Shown here: in pieces, positions 1-8,561 of the stretch
How the letters are laid out: every line of letters begins with the position of its first letter
Numbering within the stretch: the stretch's first letter is position 1
Source: a virus
Lineage: Duplodnaviria > Caudoviricetes
Length of the DNA stretch: 35,983 nt
Direction: 5' to 3' (one strand)
IMG/VR virus record: IMGVR_UViG_3300018019_000020
Span: 1-35,983 of that record
The notes under the pieces: generated by a model
What the model was told of the DNA's origin: nothing
Databases searched by the model: none
The model's input: the letters and a program-made list of their open reading frames with translations, nothing else
Program-made: the position numbers and the translations under genes

Positions 1-2373
1 ACCCTTCTCGGTGAGTAGAAGTTCTTGAGCGCTATCAACAGGTTGTAATATCATTCTGTAAGTTCCAAACCTGTCAATACAGGAAACTAAATAAGTTTTA
101 TCCGCCATTGAATTATAAATATCTCTTATGGAATCCGCGCTTACAATCGTAGCTTCATATCCGGTAGATGCTGCGATTTTACAAATATCCTCAGTTGAAC
201 CCCAAATTAAAGTATCTCTGATTTTCTGTAATGAATCTTTAGCCATGATACCAAAGCCACGAGCCACTTCAGTAGTTTCACCGGAATTAGGATCAATTAC
301 CACAGCCCCGCCTTCGGTGAAAACTATCAACTGTAAATTTAAGAGTATTGAAATGGCTATTATAGATTCACCTCTGAAAGAATCCTGATCAGAGTCCAAG
401 AAATTAGTCTCAGGCAGAACGTCATACTCAGATGCACCCGATCCCGCAATAGGAGAAAAGAACACTAATGAGTCATAACTTTGATCTACATAACCGGCGG
501 CGGCGTAAGTGCGCCCGCTTAAGACTAAAGCATGAGCCCAATCCTTGACTAAATTCATTGTAGGGATATATCCCATTTGAGCCGTATCTAAAGAACCTTG
601 AAGAGTTGTAGTATCCAATGAAGGCAAGAGGACTTGTTGTAATTGGAATTTACCTAATTGCATATAGTCGGTATTTGCATAACTTCCACTTTGAGGAAAT
701 ACAGTTACCGAGATTACTGCGTATGTACCGGCTTGAGCTAAGTAAGAATTTAGATTATCAATATCCTGCTGAGTAAATGTAATTAAGTCGCTATAAGCCG
801 CATCAGTAGTTAATATGGGTATTGTAAAGCCATCTTTAATTGTGGTTTTAGTATTGTCGGGATAAACTACGTCTAATGAGAAATAGAAATTGCTTAATTT
901 AGTGGCGAAAACATTTGCCTCAAATTTATATTGAACGTTCATTACTATTTGAGGAGCTAATATAGCAGTCAAGGGCAGTGACATTGAAATTGCCAAAAAA
1001 GCATGTGATGGAATTGCATCAATAGCGTAAACGTCGGGAGAAGTTCCTGCGACCACTGATAATACAGTGGCGTGACCAAAAGGGTCTAAGGCAGCAAACC
1101 ATGAACCCAAAGAATTGGCATCCGATGGAGACACGGCAGAGGATTCAGTGTACATATTTTGAGCGGCTTCATTAATATATAAATAACCTGAGTTCTCTAA
1201 AATTATAGATTGACTTAAAGAATTTCCAATTTGTGAAAAATTTAATGTTTTCCAGAAATAATAACTTAATCCATCAGAGGAGGAATAAACATTAATATCT
1301 GAAAGCCTTCTGCTTAAAGAGCCTGCAAGAACTTCAATTAAAATTTGGAATTTATTATTATCAGTACCACAAATTATGGATTTCTGAGATACTAAAACCT
1401 CGTTAAATCCATCTAAGACGGCAGTCACTCTGAAATAATAAGTACCAGGCGCATAAGAGCCGGAGCCTACATTGTTTAATGTAACTAAAAAATCTCTGTT
1501 GTTTTCATTAAACTGTATGTAAGGTTGTACAATTACTTTATTGATATTCGCATAGCTTGATTCTTTTCCTACTAACGCAGGGGCAATATTAGTAAAACTA
1601 TAATTACTTAATTGTAAAGTTCTATTCACATATTCAACACCCAAAGCAACACGACCTTCTTTACCTCCAAAACCAATACGCATTTTGGATGGCTGCCTGT
1701 TAAAGCTAATTTCTCTTTGATCTACTGCATTCATTACAGGCAAGTATTTTAAAGGTATGTAATTTCTCATTAAAACTATGACGTCATTTATAGCCCAATT
1801 ATTCAAATAATTAGAAGTATAAATTGTCGTGTTAGTTCCATTCTGAGCAGACAATAAGACGGCGGCGGGGATTGTAGAATCTTTAGTAACGTTAATTGCA
1901 GTCCACTGTGTTAAGTCCCCAATATAGCCTTGAATGTCCATTTTGTTTAAGTAAGTGGCATCCGGAGCGGTTGCTAATTGAGTAATATAACATTCATTAA
2001 GCCATTGCCAAGCATCAATCCACATCACACCGTTATAGTAAGGTCTTATCCATACATTAACTGAATTAAAATTATAGCCTACTATTGTAGAGACTATTTG
2101 AGCCGATTGAATTAAAACGGTGATTTCAACTCCAAAGGTCTTGTCGTAGTAATTATCGAATGATATAAACTTCCCCGCTGTAATTCTATTTAAACTGTCA
2201 ACAGGGAAAGGGTAATTTAACTGATAAGTCGGTCTCAATGTTAAAATTCCGGGTTTAACGTGAGACTCCAAGTTAGTTGCTCTAACGAAAGAGTTTCTAT
2301 CTTCTATGGGATCAATATTCGACTTAATTCCAGAGAAGCCAAAAATCTTAGTATCGGTTAGATTAGCCGGCAC
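1..2373 (-). CDS. Tail nozzle / tail tubular protein (P22 gp10 or T7 gp12 position), 3'-truncated by the window edge, at least 791 codons
   Basis: Absent from the ORF track because it has no stop in the window. GTG at 2373 follows GCGGAGG and reads MPANLTDTKIFGFSGIKSNIDP...; the same frame is open at the left edge (...YRMILQPVDSAQELLLTEKG). I translated both ends by hand. Beta-rich, and follows the adaptor genes. Confidence 0.7.
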   Translation of the reverse strand, partial: MPANLTDTKIFGFSGIKSNIDPIEDRNSFVRATNLESHVKPGILTLRPTYQLNYPFPVDSLNRITAGKFISFDNYYDKTFGVEITVLIQSAQIVSTIVGYNFNSVNVWIRPYYNGVMWIDAWQWLNECYITQLATAPDATYLNKMDIQGYIGDLTQWTAINVTKDSTIPAAVLLSAQNGTNTTIYTSNYLNNWAINDVIVLMRNYIPLKYLPVMNAVDQREISFNRQPSKMRIGFGGKEGRVALGVEYVNRTLQLSNYSFTNIAPALVGKESSYANINKVIVQPYIQFNENNRDFLVTLNNVGSGSYAPGTYYFRVTAVLDGFNEVLVSQKSIICGTDNNKFQILIEVLAGSLSRRLSDINVYSSSDGLSYYFWKTLNFSQIGNSLSQSIILENSGYLYINEAAQNMYTESSAVSPSDANSLGSWFAALDPFGHATVLSVVAGTSPDVYAIDAIPSHAFLAISMSLPLTAILAPQIVMNVQYKFEANVFATKLSNFYFSLDVVYPDNTKTTIKDGFTIPILTTDAAYSDLITFTQQDIDNLNSYLAQAGTYAVISVTVFPQSGSYANTDYMQLGKFQLQQVLLPSLDTTTLQGSLDTAQMGYIPTMNLVKDWAHALVLSGRTYAAAGYVDQSYDSLVFFSPIAGSGASEYDVLPETNFLDSDQDSFRGESIIAISILLNLQLIVFTEGGAVVIDPNSGETTEVARGFGIMAKDSLQKIRDTLIWGSTEDICKIAASTGYEATIVSADSIRDIYNSMADKTYLVSCIDRFGTYRMILQPVDSAQELLLTEKG

Positions 2374-3019
2374 TTTGAGCCTCCGCATCATCGGTTCTGT
2401 AGAGCTGTACTGCTATATCTGCAATTTCCTGAATATGGTCATAGCTAAAAGGAATATCGGTATTACCGTCAATTACTAAAAAGTCTCCGGTTGAGGGATC
2501 AATAGGCAAGGCTATGTAGTTTAAACTTACAGGATATCCAGTGGCTCCGGACAGTGAAGCCGGGAATAAATATAAGTAAGGCTTCTGATAAATTAAGCCA
2601 GGTCTTAAAGCTGAGCCTGCATAAAAGGGATCGTTATTTGTTAAAGCATCGGTTAAGTGTACGGGATTCCAAATCTCAATAGGTATAGTACCGTTATATG
2701 AATCCAAGCAATCAAAGAAATCTTTAAATAAAACAGCCTGAGTCATATCAATTTTAGCTGTATTATTTGGAAACTGAATGGTTTGGGTTTTGAATAATTC
2801 GGGTATAAAACTTATGAATAAATTCCGGTCTCCTTTAGCCATGCCCCAAATATTTTTTACATATTTAAGGCAGGCGTTTCCACAGTAATTCTGAATTTCC
2901 AGAATTGTCCTGATGATATTACCCGGTAGTAAATTTTGAGTTATGGGATCATGGACGATTGGATCCTGAATCTGCTGCATAAATCTTTGAGCCAACATAT
3001 CGAGTTTGGTTGTTGCCAT
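2363..3019 (-). CDS. Putative head-tail adaptor / tail ring protein
   Basis: 218 aa between the adaptor and nozzle genes; the C-terminal LYLFP...LNYIALP...IPFSYDHIQEIADIAV pattern resembles podoviral adaptor proteins. Confidence 0.5.
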   Translation of the reverse strand: MATTKLDMLAQRFMQQIQDPIVHDPITQNLLPGNIIRTILEIQNYCGNACLKYVKNIWGMAKGDRNLFISFIPELFKTQTIQFPNNTAKIDMTQAVLFKDFFDCLDSYNGTIPIEIWNPVHLTDALTNNDPFYAGSALRPGLIYQKPYLYLFPASLSGATGYPVSLNYIALPIDPSTGDFLVIDGNTDIPFSYDHIQEIADIAVQLYRTDDAEAQSAG

Positions 3020-3022
3020 ATT

Positions 3023-4315
3023 TTACCAATTAGGATCGGGATTCCTTGAATAGGAATCCGTGTTATTAAAAGTGCCTTCAAACTTCTTAAGTTCACTTTC
3101 ATAGTATAAATACATTTTATCCCTATTGGGATCGTCAACAGGCATTAAATACCAGTCGGCGTAATATCTCAAAGCGGCGTCATAAGCTTGAGGGGTTTCA
3201 GGTTCATAACTATACGAACAATCCTGAGTCTGCCTCGATAATAAACAAGCTAAATATAAATTTGAACCCGGGATGTCTTGAGGTATTCCCCAAAATTCCA
3301 AAGCCGAATTTCTAATTGTTGCGAATTGAGGATATGTAAGATCGCTATAAGTGTCTTGATCGTTATCAAATTGTTGTGAAGTCCTCCACTGTATAATCGA
3401 CCAGTGAGGAGGGAATTGCACCGATTTAACTTTCTTAATTATTGACTGAGGAGGAGTTCCAAAAACAAGCGGGTATATGTTAGTACCCGCCACAATAGGT
3501 ATAGTGATTTTATTGTAGATCAAGTCTTCAGTCATTACTAAAGATTCTTGAGCCTTGTTAATTGCATATAACAGTTGATTTACCGAAATATCCTTCATAT
3601 TAAACTGAAGAAGGTCTTTTCTCACAAAGTCCATTATAATTCCTACTCGACCTGAATAATCACCATCGGGGATATTGATTAAATTATCCTTATTAGCAAG
3701 AATTGATTTCTTGTTTGTGATTTCGTCATTGAAGGCTTTAATCACAACTTCTCTATTCGTGCTTTCTAAGGGCAGCAAATACCAATCTGCATAATACCTT
3801 AAAGCTGAATCATACTGCTGGGGAGTTTCAGGCTCGTAGGTTCCGCTTGCATCAGTTGACTGTTTGCTTAAAATAATTTGCATTGTAAATGTTTTGCCAT
3901 TTAAAGCAATCCCGGGAGCACCATAAAACTCGATAGTGTTATTTCTCACCGTAGCATATTTGGGATATGCCGGAGCAGCTTCTACTGTTCTTTGATAATC
4001 AAATTGCGCATTATTAAGCCATTGCGGAGGTTTAATTCCACTAACATTATAATAACTTGATTTGATTCTCTTTACAATATCGGTAATTGTTACCTGCACC
4101 GATCCAGGATTAAGAACAGTGATGATCAGTGGATAATTAGTACCGGCAGTTGTTAAGGTCATTGTGGCGGTTACATCCAAAACATCATCAGCCATTGCAA
4201 CGGCTTGCTGAGCTTGATTAATTGCTTCAATAATTTCAGAGAAACTTATCTCCCTTTTGTTAAATTGAAGTAAATCCTTTTTAACCCAAGATGCTATTTT
4301 ATCTACTCTACTCAT
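3023..4315 (-). CDS. Head-tail adaptor-like protein made of two tandem ~210-aa repeats
   Basis: KKDLLQFN...INQAQ / RKDLLQFN...INKAQ and YEPETPQQYDSALRYYADWYL / YEPETPQAYDAALRYYADWYL occur twice; lies downstream of the capsid genes. Confidence 0.65.
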   Translation of the reverse strand: MSRVDKIASWVKKDLLQFNKREISFSEIIEAINQAQQAVAMADDVLDVTATMTLTTAGTNYPLIITVLNPGSVQVTITDIVKRIKSSYYNVSGIKPPQWLNNAQFDYQRTVEAAPAYPKYATVRNNTIEFYGAPGIALNGKTFTMQIILSKQSTDASGTYEPETPQQYDSALRYYADWYLLPLESTNREVVIKAFNDEITNKKSILANKDNLINIPDGDYSGRVGIIMDFVRKDLLQFNMKDISVNQLLYAINKAQESLVMTEDLIYNKITIPIVAGTNIYPLVFGTPPQSIIKKVKSVQFPPHWSIIQWRTSQQFDNDQDTYSDLTYPQFATIRNSALEFWGIPQDIPGSNLYLACLLSRQTQDCSYSYEPETPQAYDAALRYYADWYLMPVDDPNRDKMYLYYESELKKFEGTFNNTDSYSRNPDPNW

Positions 4316-4318
4316 AAA

Positions 4319-4837
4319 TTAGCCTAAGAGTTTAGTCACTTGATCTATCTTCTCAGATTTTGTTTTAATTTTTCTTATCATTGCTTTCATTGATTCAACT
4401 AATGGAAGCTCTCCAATTACGGCGTCAAGCTGGTCCGGTGTCATTACCTCTAATTCTTCTTTGCTGTATTTAGGCGCAGTAATTTCTTTCTGAGCATTAG
4501 GAAAACTAATTTCAGGTATTTCGGGCTTCTGAATGTCGTCAGGAACATCAATTACATCTTTACCGGATTGTATTGATTCTAACATTGAATCAAACTGAGT
4601 AGTCTTATGAGTTTTGATTGTACCTTTAGTCTCTTCAAACTTTTTTACGTCTTCAAGAGTTGTACCCATTGGAACTATGTTAATATCAACCTTCTCCGCT
4701 AATGCTTTAGATTCTTCATCGGCAGGGAAGTAGCTATTAGGCATTACTCTTTTAGCTTGCAGATATTGTTTCAAAGGCATTCTATGAATAGATTCAACGC
4801 CTTTTTTATTTACAAATTTCACATTTATTTCTGTCAT
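4319..4837 (-). CDS. Hypothetical protein, possible C-terminal helical (Rho-N/HeH-like) domain
   Basis: 172 aa with GGAG SD; C-terminal YSKEELEVMTPDQLD...TKSEKIDQV; common position after the capsid genes. Confidence 0.5.
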   Translation of the reverse strand: MTEINVKFVNKKGVESIHRMPLKQYLQAKRVMPNSYFPADEESKALAEKVDINIVPMGTTLEDVKKFEETKGTIKTHKTTQFDSMLESIQSGKDVIDVPDDIQKPEIPEISFPNAQKEITAPKYSKEELEVMTPDQLDAVIGELPLVESMKAMIRKIKTKSEKIDQVTKLLG

Positions 4838-4861
4838 TAGATATTACTCCAATTAATTTTG

Positions 4862-4890
4862 AAAATAGACGGGAGGTTTTATCCTCCCGT
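4862..4890 (-). terminator. Intrinsic terminator after the capsid operon
   Basis: 8-bp stem ACGGGAGG (4869-4876) / CCTCCCGT (4883-4890) with CTATTTT following on the minus strand; a T-tract also follows on plus. Confidence 0.75.
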
Positions 4891-4909
4891 TTTTAATTCT
4901 CTCGGACTC

Positions 4910-5209
4910 TTATGTCATTGTTGCAGAATAAGCCCAAGTATCAGTACCGGCAGCAGCAATTTTCATCCAAACTATCTGAGCCTGGATGTCATAAACTATT
5001 GCGCCTTTAGGAAAATTTATGCAAGCTGTTTTTTCCGCTGAGGAAAATGCAGTCGCATTATCCCACCAACCAATGAGCCTCTCTCCATTATCGCTTTGAA
5101 GTCTTAAAACGTCCAGGTTCTTAGCCTGAGCAGCAGTAAGACCAAAAGCATCCTGAAAGGATTCACCATCAATCGTGGAAATATTATTACGTTTAAATCC
5201 AGTTGCCAT
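4910..5209 (-). CDS. Small virion protein, possible capsid decoration protein
   Basis: 99 aa directly after the capsid gene and before the terminator; AAGGAG SD. Confidence 0.5.
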   Translation of the reverse strand: MATGFKRNNISTIDGESFQDAFGLTAAQAKNLDVLRLQSDNGERLIGWWDNATAFSSAEKTACINFPKGAIVYDIQAQIVWMKIAAAGTDTWAYSATMT

Positions 5210-5224
5210 ATTAAACTCCTTATG

Positions 5225-6628
5225 TTATATAGCAGTTAATTGATCAGAAGCATAGAACCATTCTACTAAACTTGTAGAGTTTTCGTAGAAAGCACCGGCT
5301 CCATTACCGAAATAGTTATCGTCGTCAATAATATCTGATCTTTGGAATCCAACGATCATATCGGCGGCGTCACCTAAGAACTGAGCATAATCAGCGTGCT
5401 CGGATTCAAAGCCCAGTTCCGAACCGTAACCGGCACTAATACAACCGGCTCCCACAACGATAGCGGGCTTACGAACTCCACTGTCACGAGGATTAGCCAT
5501 GTATGTACTTAAACCATAATTCACGGTTCCATTAGCAGCAACATAACCCGGATCAGTTGAAACTCTTGCAGCAGGCACATAGTCGTCAATTATAACGAAA
5601 GCGCCGGCAACAAATGTACCTTCAAGAAGTCCAGTCCAAGCCGCATTATCGTCACCTCTGTCCTGAGCAAATTTAATATTGTCTCTATATTCAGGATCAG
5701 CGATTAACTGCCAAGCCAAAGCTGGGGGAATAAAGATAACAGGAGCCAAACGACCTTTGATATTAATTGGCTGGAGCTTATGATAATTAGCCAAGTAAAC
5801 CAAATTACGAATTGACTGCATTGTGAAGTGATGAGCGGTATCATCAACAAGAGCAGCTAAGTTGTTACTTACGGCGGTCTCATAAGCTGCATTAAATACA
5901 TTAGCAAAAGGTACCTTACCAAAACCGGCTACATAAGTATTTGGATGGCTTGCCAATGTTAAATTTAATCCATAGGAAGGATCAGTGATGTTATCCGAAT
6001 AGTTAGCTAAAAGAGCTTGATAAGGGAACATTGACATTCTTCTGCCGAACCAATCCTGTAAGTCTTTCATTCCACGTTCCATTAGTGCCATTTGGATTTC
6101 AGGTTTTCTCAATACTTGTTTCGACATTTTATTATCCTGAATTTCAACTGCATGACGAACTTGGTTGATAGCAACTTTCTTGGTTAGGATAGCTCGTTTT
6201 TCCTCTGAGCCTCTCAAAGGCGCAGTACCAACTTTGCCGACTCCGGTTAAAGGCACAAGCACGGGAGTATCCATGTAAATTCCGCCCTCACGCTCAAAGT
6301 CCTTAACTACAGTAATAAGATTTGAAGGCGCTGGTAACGACATTGCACCTGCATAAGTACCGGCTTCTTTGTACTTTTTTACATCAATCATATTAGTAAA
6401 TTTTGCCCATTTACCATAACGCCAGGTTAACAGGTCAAGTTTGCGTGACAGTCCACGCCTAAAGATTTGCATTTGATCGGAGTACATACCTCCGACTACA
6501 ATAGCGGCTGATGATGCAGTTGTAAGGTGCATATTAGCATCAACTTTTATTAGGATTGCTACAATACATGTAAACAATCCGGCTAAGAAGATTCTTATAT
6601 AAAAATCTTTGATTAATTTTGTTTTCAT
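5225..6628 (-). CDS. Major capsid protein, N4-gp56/DUF4043-like, with hydrophobic N-terminal extension
   Basis: VVKDFEREGG...LTGVGKVG...LRGSEE...INQVRHAV...MSKQ...LQDWF follows the N4-gp56-family pattern; lies after portal and scaffold; ATGA overlap with the scaffold stop. Confidence 0.85.
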   Translation of the reverse strand: MKTKLIKDFYIRIFLAGLFTCIVAILIKVDANMHLTTASSAAIVVGGMYSDQMQIFRRGLSRKLDLLTWRYGKWAKFTNMIDVKKYKEAGTYAGAMSLPAPSNLITVVKDFEREGGIYMDTPVLVPLTGVGKVGTAPLRGSEEKRAILTKKVAINQVRHAVEIQDNKMSKQVLRKPEIQMALMERGMKDLQDWFGRRMSMFPYQALLANYSDNITDPSYGLNLTLASHPNTYVAGFGKVPFANVFNAAYETAVSNNLAALVDDTAHHFTMQSIRNLVYLANYHKLQPINIKGRLAPVIFIPPALAWQLIADPEYRDNIKFAQDRGDDNAAWTGLLEGTFVAGAFVIIDDYVPAARVSTDPGYVAANGTVNYGLSTYMANPRDSGVRKPAIVVGAGCISAGYGSELGFESEHADYAQFLGDAADMIVGFQRSDIIDDDNYFGNGAGAFYENSTSLVEWFYASDQLTAI

Positions 6629-7989
6629 TTTCTTTTTCCAATTATACGGTTTTTAACTTTCCCCAGAAAAGAATCGGCTTCCTCTAAAGACAGATCGTCT
6701 CTTTCGAGTATTTTTTCATCTATATCGGGGTTTTCACGAATACCCAGGCCTGGATTCTCTGATAACGAAGGTTCAACTATGGCGCTTTGCCCTAATTTGA
6801 AACCTTCCGCCCTTGCTTTCTCAGCTATTTTATCCTGGATAACTCCGTCAAATAAATCCCTGAGTTGATAATTCACCATATAGGGTTTTATTATCGGAGT
6901 TTTGCCTTGATAAAAAGTAATGACATTCTCGTTAACCTTGCCTTGAGGCTGCAATACATTTTCAAATAAAAATTTGTTGTAATAATTAGCATCAACAGTA
7001 AGGTCGGGAAGTCCTATATCTTCAGCAGTTATGCCTTTTGTTTCTAAATAACTTTTAAACAAATTGACATCGGCTTCGATTTGATCCTTAGCTCTTCGCT
7101 CCCAATTAGAAATGATATCATAATGCCGGTCGAATTCCTTATCAATACCTTGATTAAGATTGTCAATCTCGGTAGAATATTTAGAAGCCGCAACAGGATT
7201 CTGAGCGAATAATATGCGTTCAAATTCCAAGCGTGACTCTTGATTGGTAAGCCCGTCTTCCGGGAAATCAGGATATTTCTGTCTAATTGAGTTCAGCAGC
7301 ATCTGAGCTTTTTGTTTGGTAGCCATTTCTAAGTAGTCAGGCGATTTGACTACAGCAGCGTCAGGCTTCCAATTAGGATCAAAAGGGCTTTTCAGCGATT
7401 TTATATAGAGCTGAGAGTTTACATAATTCTTAAATGCACGGTCGGTAAATTGATCACCTTTAACGCCGGTAAGAATTAGTTTATAATCTTGAGCCATTTG
7501 GTCAAGATTTTTGGCGTCTTTATTCTTATCTCGAAATTCTTCAATCTTTTTACTAATCAAGTCATCATTAACAACAAAAGGTTTGCCGATGTTATCCGGT
7601 TCTTTTGGTAACGCTGCTTGAGCAGGTTTGAGATCATCCTTAGTTTCAGCGGCTTTGCCGGTTAAGACTTTTATATCTTTAACATAGACTTTTTGCTCTT
7701 CAGGTTTTTTAGTGTGAAGAGTTTTCACAGCCAGCAAAAACTTATCAGGATCTATATCCTCACGAGTAAGAATATCATCAACGACTTCCTGGTCTAAGGT
7801 TAGAAGGTCAGTATCATCAGTAATAACAAGTGGCTCCTCTTCTACTTTTTCAGTAGGTGGAACCTCATCCACTTTAGTTTCATCGATTTTAGTTTCATCA
7901 ACTTTTAGATCGTCTTCAATTACGAATAACGGCGCTAATCCAAAGAAACTTAGTAACACAAATAATGGTTTTACCCATAAATTAAACAT
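6625..7989 (-). CDS. Putative capsid scaffolding protein
   Basis: 454 aa, acidic low-complexity N-half and helical C-half, immediately upstream of the capsid gene; GCGGAG SD. Confidence 0.65.
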   Translation of the reverse strand: MFNLWVKPLFVLLSFFGLAPLFVIEDDLKVDETKIDETKVDEVPPTEKVEEEPLVITDDTDLLTLDQEVVDDILTREDIDPDKFLLAVKTLHTKKPEEQKVYVKDIKVLTGKAAETKDDLKPAQAALPKEPDNIGKPFVVNDDLISKKIEEFRDKNKDAKNLDQMAQDYKLILTGVKGDQFTDRAFKNYVNSQLYIKSLKSPFDPNWKPDAAVVKSPDYLEMATKQKAQMLLNSIRQKYPDFPEDGLTNQESRLEFERILFAQNPVAASKYSTEIDNLNQGIDKEFDRHYDIISNWERRAKDQIEADVNLFKSYLETKGITAEDIGLPDLTVDANYYNKFLFENVLQPQGKVNENVITFYQGKTPIIKPYMVNYQLRDLFDGVIQDKIAEKARAEGFKLGQSAIVEPSLSENPGLGIRENPDIDEKILERDDLSLEEADSFLGKVKNRIIGKRK

Positions 7990-8037
7990 TTGAAACTCCG
8001 CTTATTATAGCATTGCATTAGAATCTTTAAGACTCTG

Positions 8038-8532
8038 TTATTTATTATAATTAAAAGTCGGTAAATATTGAGCCTTAGTAAAGTATAGCTCAACAAAACC
8101 GCCGGAAATAGAACCTCCGGTGTTAGTAACAGTAATTTGATATTGAGAAGCACGAATATTATGCGTATAAGCTCCAAATATACCGGCAGTATCACTTGTA
8201 GTCTGATTAGTATCGGAAACTCTTAAAGTATCCATATTAAAAGAATCTGCTCCGCCATTAAAAAAACCTTTGAGAACAATTAGTGTATTTGGTTCCAAAC
8301 CAAAATTACCGCCTACTTTCATAGCAACCGTAGGAGAATGGACTGTAAAATCAGTGTTTGAGTAATCACTCGGCAGACTAAATGAACTTGAAACTAAAGT
8401 TGTAGTTGAATCAGTGGTTTGCGCGGGAATAGTGTAGGTTACTTTATACAAACCATTTTGGTCATTAACCTTAGTTTGGCTAAAGGTCATTCCCATTAAT
8501 AGTATTGAGAAAATTAAAATTAAACGTTTCAT
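8038..8532 (-). CDS. Beta-rich protein with Sec-type signal peptide in the head module
   Basis: MKRLILIFSILLMGMTFS|QTK; AAAGGAG SD; Thr/Ser/Gly-rich mature part. Confidence 0.7.
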   Translation of the reverse strand: MKRLILIFSILLMGMTFSQTKVNDQNGLYKVTYTIPAQTTDSTTTLVSSSFSLPSDYSNTDFTVHSPTVAMKVGGNFGLEPNTLIVLKGFFNGGADSFNMDTLRVSDTNQTTSDTAGIFGAYTHNIRASQYQITVTNTGGSISGGFVELYFTKAQYLPTFNYNK

Positions 8533-8561
8533 TTTTAACTCCTTTGAATCTTAAATAAGAC

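Noticed and set aside
128-388. 86-aa plus-strand ORF
   Set aside because: Antisense to the long minus-strand tail gene that the ORF track omitted.
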